From Candidatus Rariloculaceae bacterium (GTDB lineage Bacteria > Pseudomonadota > Gammaproteobacteria > Steroidobacterales > Rariloculaceae): a stretch of 64,000 bases of DNA. Numbering within the stretch: position 1 is the first letter of the stretch; the number at the start of each line of letters is the position of its first letter. The position numbers and the translations under genes are program-made. Under the pieces are notes generated by a model. It saw nothing but the letters and a program-made list of their open reading frames with translations. It did no database searches and was not told the DNA's origin. Below are positions 29,228 through 38,849 of this stretch, piece after piece. The stretch covers positions 354,647 through 418,646 of the forward strand of contig OZ241971.1 of the NCBI GenBank assembly GCA_965204155.1. The letters run 5' to 3'.

Positions 29228-32200
29228 TCACGCCGCCGCGCCGTCGAGCGGGTAGCGGTCGAGCAGGCGGCCGATGGTGTCGGCGTCGGGGACAAACACA
29301 CGCGTGCGCCACGAAATGATTTCCGTCACGCAACCGAGGCGTTTCAGGACCGGCAGGTCGGTGTCCACCGGCCCGACGACCTCGATGCGCTCGGCGCCCA
29401 TCAGGCGGCGGCGCATCAGCCGCCAGCCGTTGGCCAAGCCGAACGCCGTGCCGCGCCCGGTCAGCGCCTCGTGCACCTCGGCGGCGCTGAGCCGGACGCC
29501 GCCGCCGAGTCCGAACGCCGTGCGCAATGCGGCCGCCTGCTCGGGATTGAGCACGCGGCCGATCAGGGCGTCTCCGTCGTCGGTTCGCAGCCGGCGCACG
29601 CGCAGGTCTTCCTTCGGCAGCCGGTCCCAGACCGGCAGCAGCAGTCCGGTCACGAGCCAGAGCCGGGATTCCTTGTGGGTCGGCAGCGATTCCACTTCGG
29701 CATCCCACAGCGCCCGCCATTCGTCATCGCCCGCCTCGCGCCAGTGGGACGCGGCCAGCGCGTCTTCGGCGGTCGTGTCGCGCGAGGACGGACGGAGCAG
29801 CCGTACCCGGGACTGAACGCCGCCGTCGTCGAGGATGCGCGAGGGCGCGGGCACACGGACGGCGGCGCGGTGGGAACGGCCGTTGACGAGGAGCCGGGCC
29901 TTGTTGCCGAGCGCCAGGGTTTGGTCGCGCAGCCGAATCGCCGCACCCGCGGTGAGCGGTTCGAGCCGGTCCCTGCGCGCGATCTCCACCAGTTCGGTGG
30001 CGGCCCCGGTTCGCTCGTGGGTCTGCAGGACTTCCCGGGATGCCACGCGCAGCGAGTCGGCGAGGATGTTCTCCACTCCCTGCTCGAATGTGCCGGCCTC
30101 CACCGCCTGCTCGATGTTGGCGTCGATACGTGTCTCCAGTTCCGCGAACAGCGTGTTCTGCTCGTCGATGGGCAGGGCCAGCAGCCGGTTGAGGAACCTG
30201 GGCATGGGCGGCAGATCCTCTTTCAGGTTGCCCTCGTAGGTGAGTTTGAGGCCCGTCGCGGTCTCGAACCGGTCGAGCGACCAGCCGTCGATGTAGCCGG
30301 CCCACAAGGCGCCGTAGAACTGGCGTAGCGCGGCCCGCGCGTACGGGCTTTCCAGGTTGTCGCTGGCCTTGAACAGCGTCGCGTCGCCGTCGCCGAGGGA
30401 GGTTTGGGAGTCGCGTTGCCCGCGGGTCAGCGCGCCCAGGCTGTCGAGCCTTCTGGCGATAGTGGCGATGAATCGGCGCTCGCCCTTCACGTCCGTGGTA
30501 ACGGGGCGGAACACCGGCGCGGATGCCTGGTGCGTGCGGTGGGTGCGCCCCAGCCCCTGGATGGCCAGCTCGGCGCGCCAGCCGGGTTCCAGGAGGTAGT
30601 GAATCCGGCGCGCGGTGTTCCCGCAGTCCAGCGCGGCGTGATAGCTGCGCCCTGTGCCCCCCGCCATGGAGAACACGAGAATCTTTTTCGATCCCTCCAT
30701 GAACGCCGCGGTCTCGGAGAGATTGGCGGACGCGGGCCGGGTCTTCAGCGCCAGGCGCTCGCCATCGGCATCGACGATCCTCAGCACGCGCCGGGACCGT
30801 CCGGTGACTTCCGCCACGGCTTCGTGTCCGAAGTGATGAAGAAGCTGGTCCAGCGCCGCGGGCACGGGCGGCAGCGCTGCCAAGCGCTCGATCAGCGCGT
30901 CCCGAGCCGCGACGGCTTCCTGGGAAAGCACCGGGTTGCCGTCGTCGTCGTACACCGGCCTCGACATCAGGTTGCCCTCGTCGTCGGTGAACGGTTGCTG
31001 CAACTGCACCGGGAATGCGTGGGCGAGATACGAGAGGATCGACTCCCTCGGCGTCAGGTCGATGTTCAGGTCGTTCCATTCCGACGTCGGCACTTCGGCA
31101 ATGCGCCGCTCCATCAATGCTTCCCCGGTGGAAACGAGCTGGATCACCGAAGCGCGACCGGCTTCCCGGTCGGCCTCCACGGCCCGGATCAGGGCCGGGC
31201 ACTTCATGGACGTCAGCAGGTGCCCGAAGAACCGCTGCTTGGCGCCCTCGAACGCGGACAGGGCCGCGGACTTGGCGTTGCGATTGAGCGTGCGCTTCTC
31301 GTCCGAAATACCCGTGCTCTGCAGCGCCTGTTCCAGATGACCGTGGATGATCTTGAACGCGTCGGCATACGAGTCGTAGATCCGGCGTTGTTCGTCGGTG
31401 AGAGGGTGCTCCAGCAGATCCACTTCCACCCCGTCGTAGGACAGGGCCCGGGCCTGGTAGAGCCCAAGCGCCTTCAGGTCCCGGGCGACGACTTCCATGG
31501 CGGCGACGCCGCCGGACTCCATCGCGGAGACAAAATCGGTGCGTTGCTCGAACGGGGTCTCGTCGGTGCCCCAGAGGCCTAGGCGTTGGGCGTAGGCGAG
31601 TCCTGCCAATGTCGTGGCGCCGGTGGCGGACACGTACAGAATGCGGGCGTCCGGCAGCGCGTTCTGCAGTCGAAGTCCCGCACGGCCCTGCCTGGAGGGG
31701 GCGACATCGCCGCGCGATCCCTTCGAGCCTGCGGCATTCGCCATTGCGTGGGCTTCGTCGAACACGATGACGCCGGAGAACGCGTGACGGTCTTGCTCAT
31801 CGAGGCCATCCGCCAACCAGCGGACAATCTGCTTCAGCCGCGATTGTGCGCCCTGCCGGGCAGGCGAACGCAGCGCCGCGTAGGTGGCGAACAGGATGCC
31901 CTGCCGGTAGGGGATCGGGTCGGCCGGGCGGATTTTCCCCAGCGGGACGACATCGGCCTCGGCGCCGCCGAGCGCGGCCCAGTCCCTGCGGGCGTCCTCC
32001 AGGAGTTTGTCGGAGGCCGACAGCCAGAGGGCGCGACGAGTGCCCCGGAGCCATCGGTCCAGAATGATCGCGGCGACCTGCCGGCCCTTGCCGCAGCCGG
32101 TGCCATCGCCCAGCATCCAGCCGCGCCGGAACCGGACCGGCGACGAAAGGACCTCGCCATCCTCCGTGCGCACCGGACCGGCTTCTGCAGGATTGCCGTG

Positions 32201-33769
32201 CGCAGATTTGCTATCCGCAGGATTGGTGTCCGCAGGACTGACTCGGTTGACCGTCTCCCAGCCGTCGCCGATACGGACGTGAGCCGGCAGGCGGCGTTCG
32301 TGGGCCTGTCCGGCGAGGATGACGCTCTCCAGTTGCGCGTCGGACAGCCGCCCCTCGGAGACGATCTTTTCCGGGAGCTTCGGGCGGTAGGCCGGCCGCG
32401 GATGGGAGACGGCGGCCATCGCCGCGGACTGCACCAGCGCCGTGGGATGGAGCCGCGCCCCCTCGATCCGAACGGTGGCCGGACGCCAGGGCTCATAGGG
32501 TCCGACCGCTGGAGCGTCGCCATCCGGATCGCTGTCCAGCGCGGGATCGGCCGAGGACTGGATGTCGTACTCGAGTTCGGCGACGGGTCCCCAGTCGGTG
32601 GGCGGAGCTGGCTTGCCGGATCTGCGGCGGTCGCTGGACTTGCTGGGCGGCGGTTCGAGCAGGAAGCTGCCCTTGCCTCGCGGGGAGGCGGGCATCCGGG
32701 CCAGAGGCGTGCGCGGCGGCACGAGCGCCCGCACGGCATCGAGCAGTTCGCTGGGATCGGCCGCAGTATCGGCGGGATCGAACGAGGGGTCGAAGGCGCC
32801 GGGATCCTCCCCCGATTGCATGCGGTCCAGAACGGTCAGCCGGGTGTCGAACGATGTCCCGTGCCGGGCATAGGCCCGCCCGTCGATGCCCATGGAGAAC
32901 ACCGTGCGCGCGGGCGGGTCCAGGTAGCGGAACGCCGACTGCCAGGCACGATTGCCCGGAATGCAGGAATGCGACGTGATGGCCACGAGCCGCCCGCCCG
33001 GCGGCAGCATGGAGAACGCCGAGCGGATGTGGCGCAGGTCGGCGTCGTTGCGGCGGCGCTCAACGCCCGGACTGGCCGAGAACGGCGGGTTCATCAACAC
33101 GGCTGACGGCACGAGTCCCAGCAGGTAGTCGGCGATGTTTTCCGCGTTGTTGCGGTTTACGGATACCCGGGGGAACAGGTGTTCCAGCAACCCCGCCCGG
33201 GTCGGGGCGAGTTCGTTGAGGTAGAGCTTGAGGGTGGCGTTCTCGCGCAGGGCGCAATACGCCATGACGGCCAGCATGCCGGTGCCCGCCGAGGGCTCCA
33301 GCACCCGATCCGCGGGGCGGATCATGGCCGCTTGCGCGGCGGCATAGGCCAGCGGCAGGGGCGTTGAGAACTGCTGCAGGCGGATCTGTTCCTCGGAACG
33401 GCGCGTGTGGGAGGGTTCCAGAGCGGCCAGGCGTTCGAGCATCGACAGCATGGCGGCGGGGCCCTGCGGGCCGGCACCGGCCTGGCGCCGCATCGCCATG
33501 CCGTAGTGCTTGAGGAACAGCACGATGGCGGCTTCGGCGGCGTCGTAGGCGTCCTTCCAGACCCAGGCGCCCTCGGCGTCGGTGCCGTGGAACGCGCCGG
33601 AGAGTGCGTCGCGCAGGACGGCGGCGGTCAGGGCCTGGCCTTTGGACAGGCGGAGCATCAGGGAGCGCGCGGCGCTCAGCAGACGGATGGGTTTGTCGGT
33701 ATGGGCCGGGGCTTGCGGCGGCGGCCGCTTCGGGCGCGCGGACGGGCGCTGGGACGGCGCATCGAGCAT
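29228..33769 (-). CDS. Strawberry-notch family adenine methyltransferase / SF2 helicase fusion
   Basis: VLEPSAGTG and MNPPF (amino-MTase motifs), GDGTGCGKGRQ, FDEAH, YVSATGA, QGLGRTHR. Confidence 0.93.
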   Translation of the reverse strand: MLDAPSQRPSARPKRPPPQAPAHTDKPIRLLSAARSLMLRLSKGQALTAAVLRDALSGAFHGTDAEGAWVWKDAYDAAEAAIVLFLKHYGMAMRRQAGAGPQGPAAMLSMLERLAALEPSHTRRSEEQIRLQQFSTPLPLAYAAAQAAMIRPADRVLEPSAGTGMLAVMAYCALRENATLKLYLNELAPTRAGLLEHLFPRVSVNRNNAENIADYLLGLVPSAVLMNPPFSASPGVERRRNDADLRHIRSAFSMLPPGGRLVAITSHSCIPGNRAWQSAFRYLDPPARTVFSMGIDGRAYARHGTSFDTRLTVLDRMQSGEDPGAFDPSFDPADTAADPSELLDAVRALVPPRTPLARMPASPRGKGSFLLEPPPSKSSDRRRSGKPAPPTDWGPVAELEYDIQSSADPALDSDPDGDAPAVGPYEPWRPATVRIEGARLHPTALVQSAAMAAVSHPRPAYRPKLPEKIVSEGRLSDAQLESVILAGQAHERRLPAHVRIGDGWETVNRVSPADTNPADSKSAHGNPAEAGPVRTEDGEVLSSPVRFRRGWMLGDGTGCGKGRQVAAIILDRWLRGTRRALWLSASDKLLEDARRDWAALGGAEADVVPLGKIRPADPIPYRQGILFATYAALRSPARQGAQSRLKQIVRWLADGLDEQDRHAFSGVIVFDEAHAMANAAGSKGSRGDVAPSRQGRAGLRLQNALPDARILYVSATGATTLAGLAYAQRLGLWGTDETPFEQRTDFVSAMESGGVAAMEVVARDLKALGLYQARALSYDGVEVDLLEHPLTDEQRRIYDSYADAFKIIHGHLEQALQSTGISDEKRTLNRNAKSAALSAFEGAKQRFFGHLLTSMKCPALIRAVEADREAGRASVIQLVSTGEALMERRIAEVPTSEWNDLNIDLTPRESILSYLAHAFPVQLQQPFTDDEGNLMSRPVYDDDGNPVLSQEAVAARDALIERLAALPPVPAALDQLLHHFGHEAVAEVTGRSRRVLRIVDADGERLALKTRPASANLSETAAFMEGSKKILVFSMAGGTGRSYHAALDCGNTARRIHYLLEPGWRAELAIQGLGRTHRTHQASAPVFRPVTTDVKGERRFIATIARRLDSLGALTRGQRDSQTSLGDGDATLFKASDNLESPYARAALRQFYGALWAGYIDGWSLDRFETATGLKLTYEGNLKEDLPPMPRFLNRLLALPIDEQNTLFAELETRIDANIEQAVEAGTFEQGVENILADSLRVASREVLQTHERTGAATELVEIARRDRLEPLTAGAAIRLRDQTLALGNKARLLVNGRSHRAAVRVPAPSRILDDGGVQSRVRLLRPSSRDTTAEDALAASHWREAGDDEWRALWDAEVESLPTHKESRLWLVTGLLLPVWDRLPKEDLRVRRLRTDDGDALIGRVLNPEQAAALRTAFGLGGGVRLSAAEVHEALTGRGTAFGLANGWRLMRRRLMGAERIEVVGPVDTDLPVLKRLGCVTEIISWRTRVFVPDADTIGRLLDRYPLDGAAA

Positions 33770-33900
33770 GGACGGGCTCCTTCGGCTGGGTGGATGCGAA
33801 GGGACCGGATCGAAGAAAAGCGATCACGCTCTCCTCCGGTCCGGACCCGACCCACCGAAGGGCCCGCGCCTCTCCGCGTCGCCGTTGGCACGGTTCCGCG

Positions 33901-35418
33901 CTACGAAGATGAGCCAATGAAAGGAAGATCGATGCGTTCGCCCCAAGGTTCGCGGTAGCGATCCGGGAGCGTCGTTGAAGAATTTACCCACAAGACTGAA
34001 AAATCTGGCTCGGTCGCCGGATACCGGGTGCACCGCATGTCGGTGAAGTACAGGCAGCAGGCCAGCCGAATCCCCTGTTCCTCGACCCACCGGAAGCCGG
34101 GCCGGAAGTCCGTCCCGCCGCGGCCCTTCACGGTGAGCCGCTCGGGCAGTTCGTCCGGGCCGTACTCGTCCACGCGGTGCAGGGCGGTATCGACCTGCAG
34201 CACGTAGATGCGCTCGGGGCGCAGTTCGGCGGCGATGGCGCGGATCTCCGACCAGGTGCGCTGCAGCGCCGGTATCTGCACCGATTTCGAGGAGTCGATC
34301 ATTAGCGCGATGGCGTCCATGCCCTCGGACCGCACCGCCGGCAGGTACAGCCCCGAGTCGATGAAGCGGCGGTTAGGGACGCTCCAGGTGTAGTCGTTCT
34401 CGGCCGTGTCGAGCATGAATCGGCGCAGCAGAGAGAGCCAGTCGAGGCGGCTTCGGTGCGCGTCGGCCAGGGTCCGGACCACCGCGCCCGGGGCATTGCC
34501 CTGGGCTTGAGCGACGTTGGCGGCCTGGTGCATGGCCTCGTCCCATGCCTGCTCCTCGGCCGCGATGTCCTGTTCCGACCAGGGCGCCGGGCTGCGCTCC
34601 GCAGATGGGCTGCGCCCGGCTGTAGGGCTGCGCCCCGCAGAGTCGTCGGACGTGGGTCGATCCCTGCCCGACTTTCCGTCCGCAGGTCTGCCGTCCCCCT
34701 GTCTGCCGTTCGCAGGACTGCTGCCCGCAGGGCCCCGGGCGGAGGCGTCGAGGATTTCGCCGGTGCCGGAGGGATCGAAACTCGGGTGCGGCGCGGGGTT
34801 GTGCCCGGACGCCGGCGAGCCGCTGGAATCGGTGGCTTTGCCGGGACCCGGTGCCGTGGTAGCGTTACCGGCGCGCGCGTCGCCGCCGTTGGCCCCGTCC
34901 GCGCCGGTCTTCCGATCGCGTGCCCCGGCGGCGCCTGGCGGAGAGGGCGGCCGATTACGGTTTTCGACTCCTCCGCCGGGCGGCGGCGTGCCACTCGAAC
35001 CCCCGCCGTTTGAAGTCTCGGACAGGCGCTCGTAAGCCTGTTCCACGCTGAGGCCGTCCCAGACCTGCGCGTCGGACGGCAGGGAAAAACCGGCGTCGCG
35101 CAGCAGCCCGTGGGTGACGAACTGGGAAGCACGCTGCCAGCGTTTCGGGTCGCGCTCGCCCCGGCGGGTGTGATGCTTGAGCCCGCAGGCGAGCACGACC
35201 CGGGCCAGCGCGGTCCGGATCGGGTCGGCGCCGGTGGCTTCGACCCACTCGGGGTTGTAGCGCACGGTGAGCCCGTCGCTGGCGAGCGTCTTGCGGGACG
35301 GATCGGCCACCAGCGGCAGGCGCAGCACCAGGCTCCCGAAGAACGGGTGGTCGCGCAACAGCGAGGTGACGCAGTCGCTGAGGCGGCGGCCGGGATCGGT
35401 GTCGGTGCCGTGGCCCAT
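33901..35418 (-). CDS. DUF2201 metallopeptidase-like + vWA-like protein (HExxH degenerate)
   Basis: HPFFGSL, SDGLTVRYNPEW, HHTRRGERDP; IDSSKSV, GRGGTDFRP, YFTD; start overlaps upstream stop. Confidence 0.85.
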   Translation of the reverse strand: MGHGTDTDPGRRLSDCVTSLLRDHPFFGSLVLRLPLVADPSRKTLASDGLTVRYNPEWVEATGADPIRTALARVVLACGLKHHTRRGERDPKRWQRASQFVTHGLLRDAGFSLPSDAQVWDGLSVEQAYERLSETSNGGGSSGTPPPGGGVENRNRPPSPPGAAGARDRKTGADGANGGDARAGNATTAPGPGKATDSSGSPASGHNPAPHPSFDPSGTGEILDASARGPAGSSPANGRQGDGRPADGKSGRDRPTSDDSAGRSPTAGRSPSAERSPAPWSEQDIAAEEQAWDEAMHQAANVAQAQGNAPGAVVRTLADAHRSRLDWLSLLRRFMLDTAENDYTWSVPNRRFIDSGLYLPAVRSEGMDAIALMIDSSKSVQIPALQRTWSEIRAIAAELRPERIYVLQVDTALHRVDEYGPDELPERLTVKGRGGTDFRPGFRWVEEQGIRLACCLYFTDMRCTRYPATEPDFSVLWVNSSTTLPDRYREPWGERIDLPFIGSSS

Positions 35419-36332
35419 TAGGCGGCCTCGGCGCGGTGCGGCTGTGCGCGCTCGGCCCCGAAGTACCCCGCGAAATGCGCCGCCAGGTCCCGGGCGTCGC
35501 GCTGCACTCTCCGGCGCACGGCCGGATCGAATTTCCCCGACGCCGCAGTGGGCCGCAGCACGTCCGGCTCCACGCACGCGATGCGGTGTTTGACCTCCTC
35601 GCACAGGTGTTCGAGGGTACGGTCGCCGAAGAGATTGAGGCGCGGGACGATGTCGACCAGTTCCCTCAGGTTTTCGATCAGGCTGTCCCGAAACACCTTC
35701 GGCTTGCCGTTTTCGTCCTCGGATAGGCGCTCGCAGACGTGCCCGACGGCTTCGCCGAGCCGCCGGTAGAGGTCCCCGAGCGCAGAGTTGAGGCGCAGGC
35801 TGACCTGGTGCTCGATGTCGCGGCGCACGCGCGCGTTCTCCCCGGCGCCCAGGTCCGCCAGGAAATGCCCCGAATCGGGCACCGGCTCGATGCGGTAGCG
35901 CGCCGAATACCGGACCCGAAGTTCTTCCCGCGTGGGATAGTCATCTAACTGAAAAAGCCGCCCGAGATCGAGCCGGGCGCGTTCGACGTGCTCGTCGTAT
36001 TCGGACAGGAACCGCTCGCGCTCGGTGAATATTCGCTCGATCAGCTCGTCGAGGGCGTGGGTGTAGCGCTCGTAGTTGGCCACCGGCAGGAGCCGGGCGC
36101 CGGCGTCGTCCCACGGCAGGGTGTGCGTGTAGTGGGTCTTGCGGGCCTGGTTCTGCGTCGCGTTGAGCGCGGCCAGCGCGGCCTTCGGGAGCAAGCGCTT
36201 GTTGTAGCGCCCGGCGGTGGCCGCGGCGTCGTGGTGCACGGCCACGTACTGGCTGGCCCTGGGGTCGTGGCGGCGCGCGGACCAACCGTGCAACGAAAAG
36301 GTCACGAGCATCGCGTCGTGGATCAGGTTCAT
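35418..36332 (-). CDS. DUF3150-like protein
   Basis: AMLVTFSLHGWSARRHD, GRYNKRLL, HYTHTLPWDDAGARLLP, DYPTREEL, FRDSLIEN; sits between AAA and vWA genes. Confidence 0.7.
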   Translation of the reverse strand: MNLIHDAMLVTFSLHGWSARRHDPRASQYVAVHHDAAATAGRYNKRLLPKAALAALNATQNQARKTHYTHTLPWDDAGARLLPVANYERYTHALDELIERIFTERERFLSEYDEHVERARLDLGRLFQLDDYPTREELRVRYSARYRIEPVPDSGHFLADLGAGENARVRRDIEHQVSLRLNSALGDLYRRLGEAVGHVCERLSEDENGKPKVFRDSLIENLRELVDIVPRLNLFGDRTLEHLCEEVKHRIACVEPDVLRPTAASGKFDPAVRRRVQRDARDLAAHFAGYFGAERAQPHRAEAA

Positions 36333-36389
36333 GTCGAAGGTTCCTCATCATGTGTGTGTCGACAGAAGGTGTGGCGGTTTAACGCTGGC

Positions 36390-37415
36390 CTACTGCGTCT
36401 TGGCCGCGGCCCACTGGATGAACGCCGGGGTGTGCTGAAGGGCCGGATTGCGTTTCACGCAGGAGCCGATCAGGAACTCGCCGACCTCGCGCCGCAGGCG
36501 CCGGGCGTAGGTGACGATGGCCGAGAGGTTGATGTCGTCGGCCAGCCGATAAAGCGAACCGCACAGCGCGATCAGGGTGCTGGGGTTGTCCGGCACCGGC
36601 GCGCCTTCCGGGTCGGCAATGATCGTCTGCGGGTGCGGCAGTTCCCGCCAGATCTCCAGGAACCCGCAGAACTCCACGGCGGCGGCCTGCCCGACGGTGC
36701 CGCGGATCAGCGCGCGCAGGGCCGTGGGGCTCAGGTCGCGGCTCCGCTTGAGGATATTGGACACGAACTCCCAGGTCCTCGGACACGGGAACGCCTTTTC
36801 CTTGGACTGCGGATCGAAGTCGTGAAGGAGATTCGGACGCATCTGGATGAAGAAGAGGACTTCCGGAGCGATGCCGTTGGCGGCGCCCCAGGCACACCAG
36901 TCGGCGACGTCGGCGCGGATTTCCAGGTGCACGAATCGCGAAGCCAGCGGCGTGGGCATGCGATGGACGACGCCGCGGTCGCTTTCCCGGTTGCCGCAGG
37001 CGATGAGCGAGGCGCCTTCGGGCAACTCGTACTCTCCGCATTTCCGATCCAGCGCGAGCTGGTAGAGCGCCGCTTGGACCATCGGAACGGCGGAGGGCAG
37101 TTCCTCGAGGTTGATGAGCCAGAGGCCGGGATCGTCCGACGGGGGCAGGAACGACGGCGGCGCCCAGCGCGTGCGACCGGCGCTGTCGCGCCAGGGGATG
37201 CCCATGAGGTCCACGCGGTCGAGCAGGAGTGCGCGGACGTCGACATAGGTGCGCCTGGCGCGAGAAGCCACCTGTTGGGCGACCATCGACTTGGCGCAGC
37301 CCGGCGGGCCCCAGATCATGGCCGGCTGTCGGGCCTCGACTAGCACGGCAAGCGTGGCGGCGAGTTGGCTGGGTTTGAGGGAGTAGTCCGCGGCGATGGA
37401 GACGGGATCGGTCAT
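36390..37415 (-). CDS. MoxR-like AAA+ ATPase
   Basis: Walker A GPPGCAKS, Walker B LINLEEL, VQAALYQL, ACGNR, PLASRF, PRTW. Confidence 0.9.
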   Translation of the reverse strand: MTDPVSIAADYSLKPSQLAATLAVLVEARQPAMIWGPPGCAKSMVAQQVASRARRTYVDVRALLLDRVDLMGIPWRDSAGRTRWAPPSFLPPSDDPGLWLINLEELPSAVPMVQAALYQLALDRKCGEYELPEGASLIACGNRESDRGVVHRMPTPLASRFVHLEIRADVADWCAWGAANGIAPEVLFFIQMRPNLLHDFDPQSKEKAFPCPRTWEFVSNILKRSRDLSPTALRALIRGTVGQAAAVEFCGFLEIWRELPHPQTIIADPEGAPVPDNPSTLIALCGSLYRLADDINLSAIVTYARRLRREVGEFLIGSCVKRNPALQHTPAFIQWAAAKTQ

Positions 37416-37526
37416 GGGCAGGGCTCCGCTGATACAGGGTCGCGGCGCGGACGCCCTCCGGGCGTCGGGCCGCAACTCGGAACCGGCGAAACCCTGGCTC
37501 TTTGTGGAGCATAGGCATTTGTTGGC

Positions 37527-37931
37527 CTAATGGGCGCAGGCTTGATGCACCTGCGATTCGGCTGCGTTGTAGCTACCCGCGTCCGCGCGGTTGCCGCCGA
37601 TGCGGACGGTTTCGATCATCGCGTCGATGGCGTCGCCGGGCACGCCGCATGCTTCTCCCCAGCCGCGCAGGTTGGATACGCAGTCCTGCCAGGAGCCGAG
37701 CAGCAGGTTGAAGGAACGGTCTTCGGCGGTGGCGGCGAACACGCAATCGCCGCTCACGGCCACACTGACGATAACGGGCTCCGTCATGGGAGGCAGATCG
37801 AGCAGCCAGCACAACAGCGCGGCGAATCGCGGGGAGAGGTTCGGGCCGCGGCGCGGGTCCATGGGGTGATCGTCGAGGGAGCGGCAGTCGGGCGCGGCGG
37901 GAGAAACCGCATGGAATCGCGGATCGGACAT
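37527..37931 (-). CDS. Hypothetical protein
   Basis: AGGAG RBS; protein-like, co-oriented. Confidence 0.6.
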   Translation of the reverse strand: MSDPRFHAVSPAAPDCRSLDDHPMDPRRGPNLSPRFAALLCWLLDLPPMTEPVIVSVAVSGDCVFAATAEDRSFNLLLGSWQDCVSNLRGWGEACGVPGDAIDAMIETVRIGGNRADAGSYNAAESQVHQACAH

Positions 37932-38016
37932 CGGAGGCTCCTTTGGATCGTGAACGGCACGCGCCCGGCGGCGGGATCGGCCGCGGCCGGGCGCGAGACA
38001 CGGGGATGGGCGGGCG

Positions 38017-38775
38017 TTACGGCGAAGGTGCGTCGGCTTTCTTCCTGCAGGCGTCGAGCAATGCGCCGTACTCCTCGGTATCTAGATCGGCGTGGCTGTT
38101 CGTCAGGTACGAGAGCTGGGTGACGATCAGGCGCACGGCGGGGTCGGTGCGCTGGTCGCCGCCTTCGGCGATGACCTGGCGGCAGGCGTTGTACAGCGAC
38201 AGCGCGATCCCGGAGGGGTTGCAGGCGCCGGGATCGACGATCAAAACGGCGTCGCGGTGGCGGTTGTGGCCCGCGGGGAGGTCGCCCGGATACGCCATCC
38301 TGCGGACTGCGGTCGCCGTTACGGCCACCTGGGGGCCGGGAGCCTCCCGGACGGCGTCCCGGTGTCCGTTGGAATCTGCGGCCGCACCCTCTGCCGGGAC
38401 GGGCAGGCCGGCTTCGCGGGCGGCGGCCTCCAGCAGCGGACCGGACTCGACGATGCACTGGGCGGCGCGGGCGGCGGCGGCGTAAATCCGAATCGCGTAT
38501 TTCGGCTTGAAGTACAAGTCCCTCTCGATGCCGATGCCGAGCGGGCCGCGGTAATTCTGAAGCTGCGACAGCAATACACCCCCGAGTTCGGGGAACCCCA
38601 TGCCCAGATCCGCCAGGCAGTAGAGGTAATCATTGTCGTCGGGATCCATCGCGTAGATCAGCCACTTGGAGGCTCCGAGGGGGTTGAAGCACTTCAGTAC
38701 CGGGAAGTGGTCGCCCTCCCGGTCCTTTCCGTTGGCGATCAATTGCTCGCGAAGTTCGGGCGTCATCAATTGCAT
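38017..38775 (-). CDS. DUF2958 protein with C-terminal extension
   Basis: PVLKCFNPLGASKWLI, LADLGMGFPELG, GIGIERDLYF. Confidence 0.85.
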   Translation of the reverse strand: MQLMTPELREQLIANGKDREGDHFPVLKCFNPLGASKWLIYAMDPDDNDYLYCLADLGMGFPELGGVLLSQLQNYRGPLGIGIERDLYFKPKYAIRIYAAAARAAQCIVESGPLLEAAAREAGLPVPAEGAAADSNGHRDAVREAPGPQVAVTATAVRRMAYPGDLPAGHNRHRDAVLIVDPGACNPSGIALSLYNACRQVIAEGGDQRTDPAVRLIVTQLSYLTNSHADLDTEEYGALLDACRKKADAPSP

Positions 38776-38849
38776 CGGTCGCTCCTTGCGGATGGAAGAG
38801 TGAATGGAGGAAACGGGTGCGGTGCCGGCGCCCGCCGTGAGCCGGCCGT

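Noticed and set aside
34560-35000. Short repeats (gggctgcgcc / gcaggNctgc) inside the DUF2201 gene
   Set aside because: Encode a low-complexity linker usual for this family.
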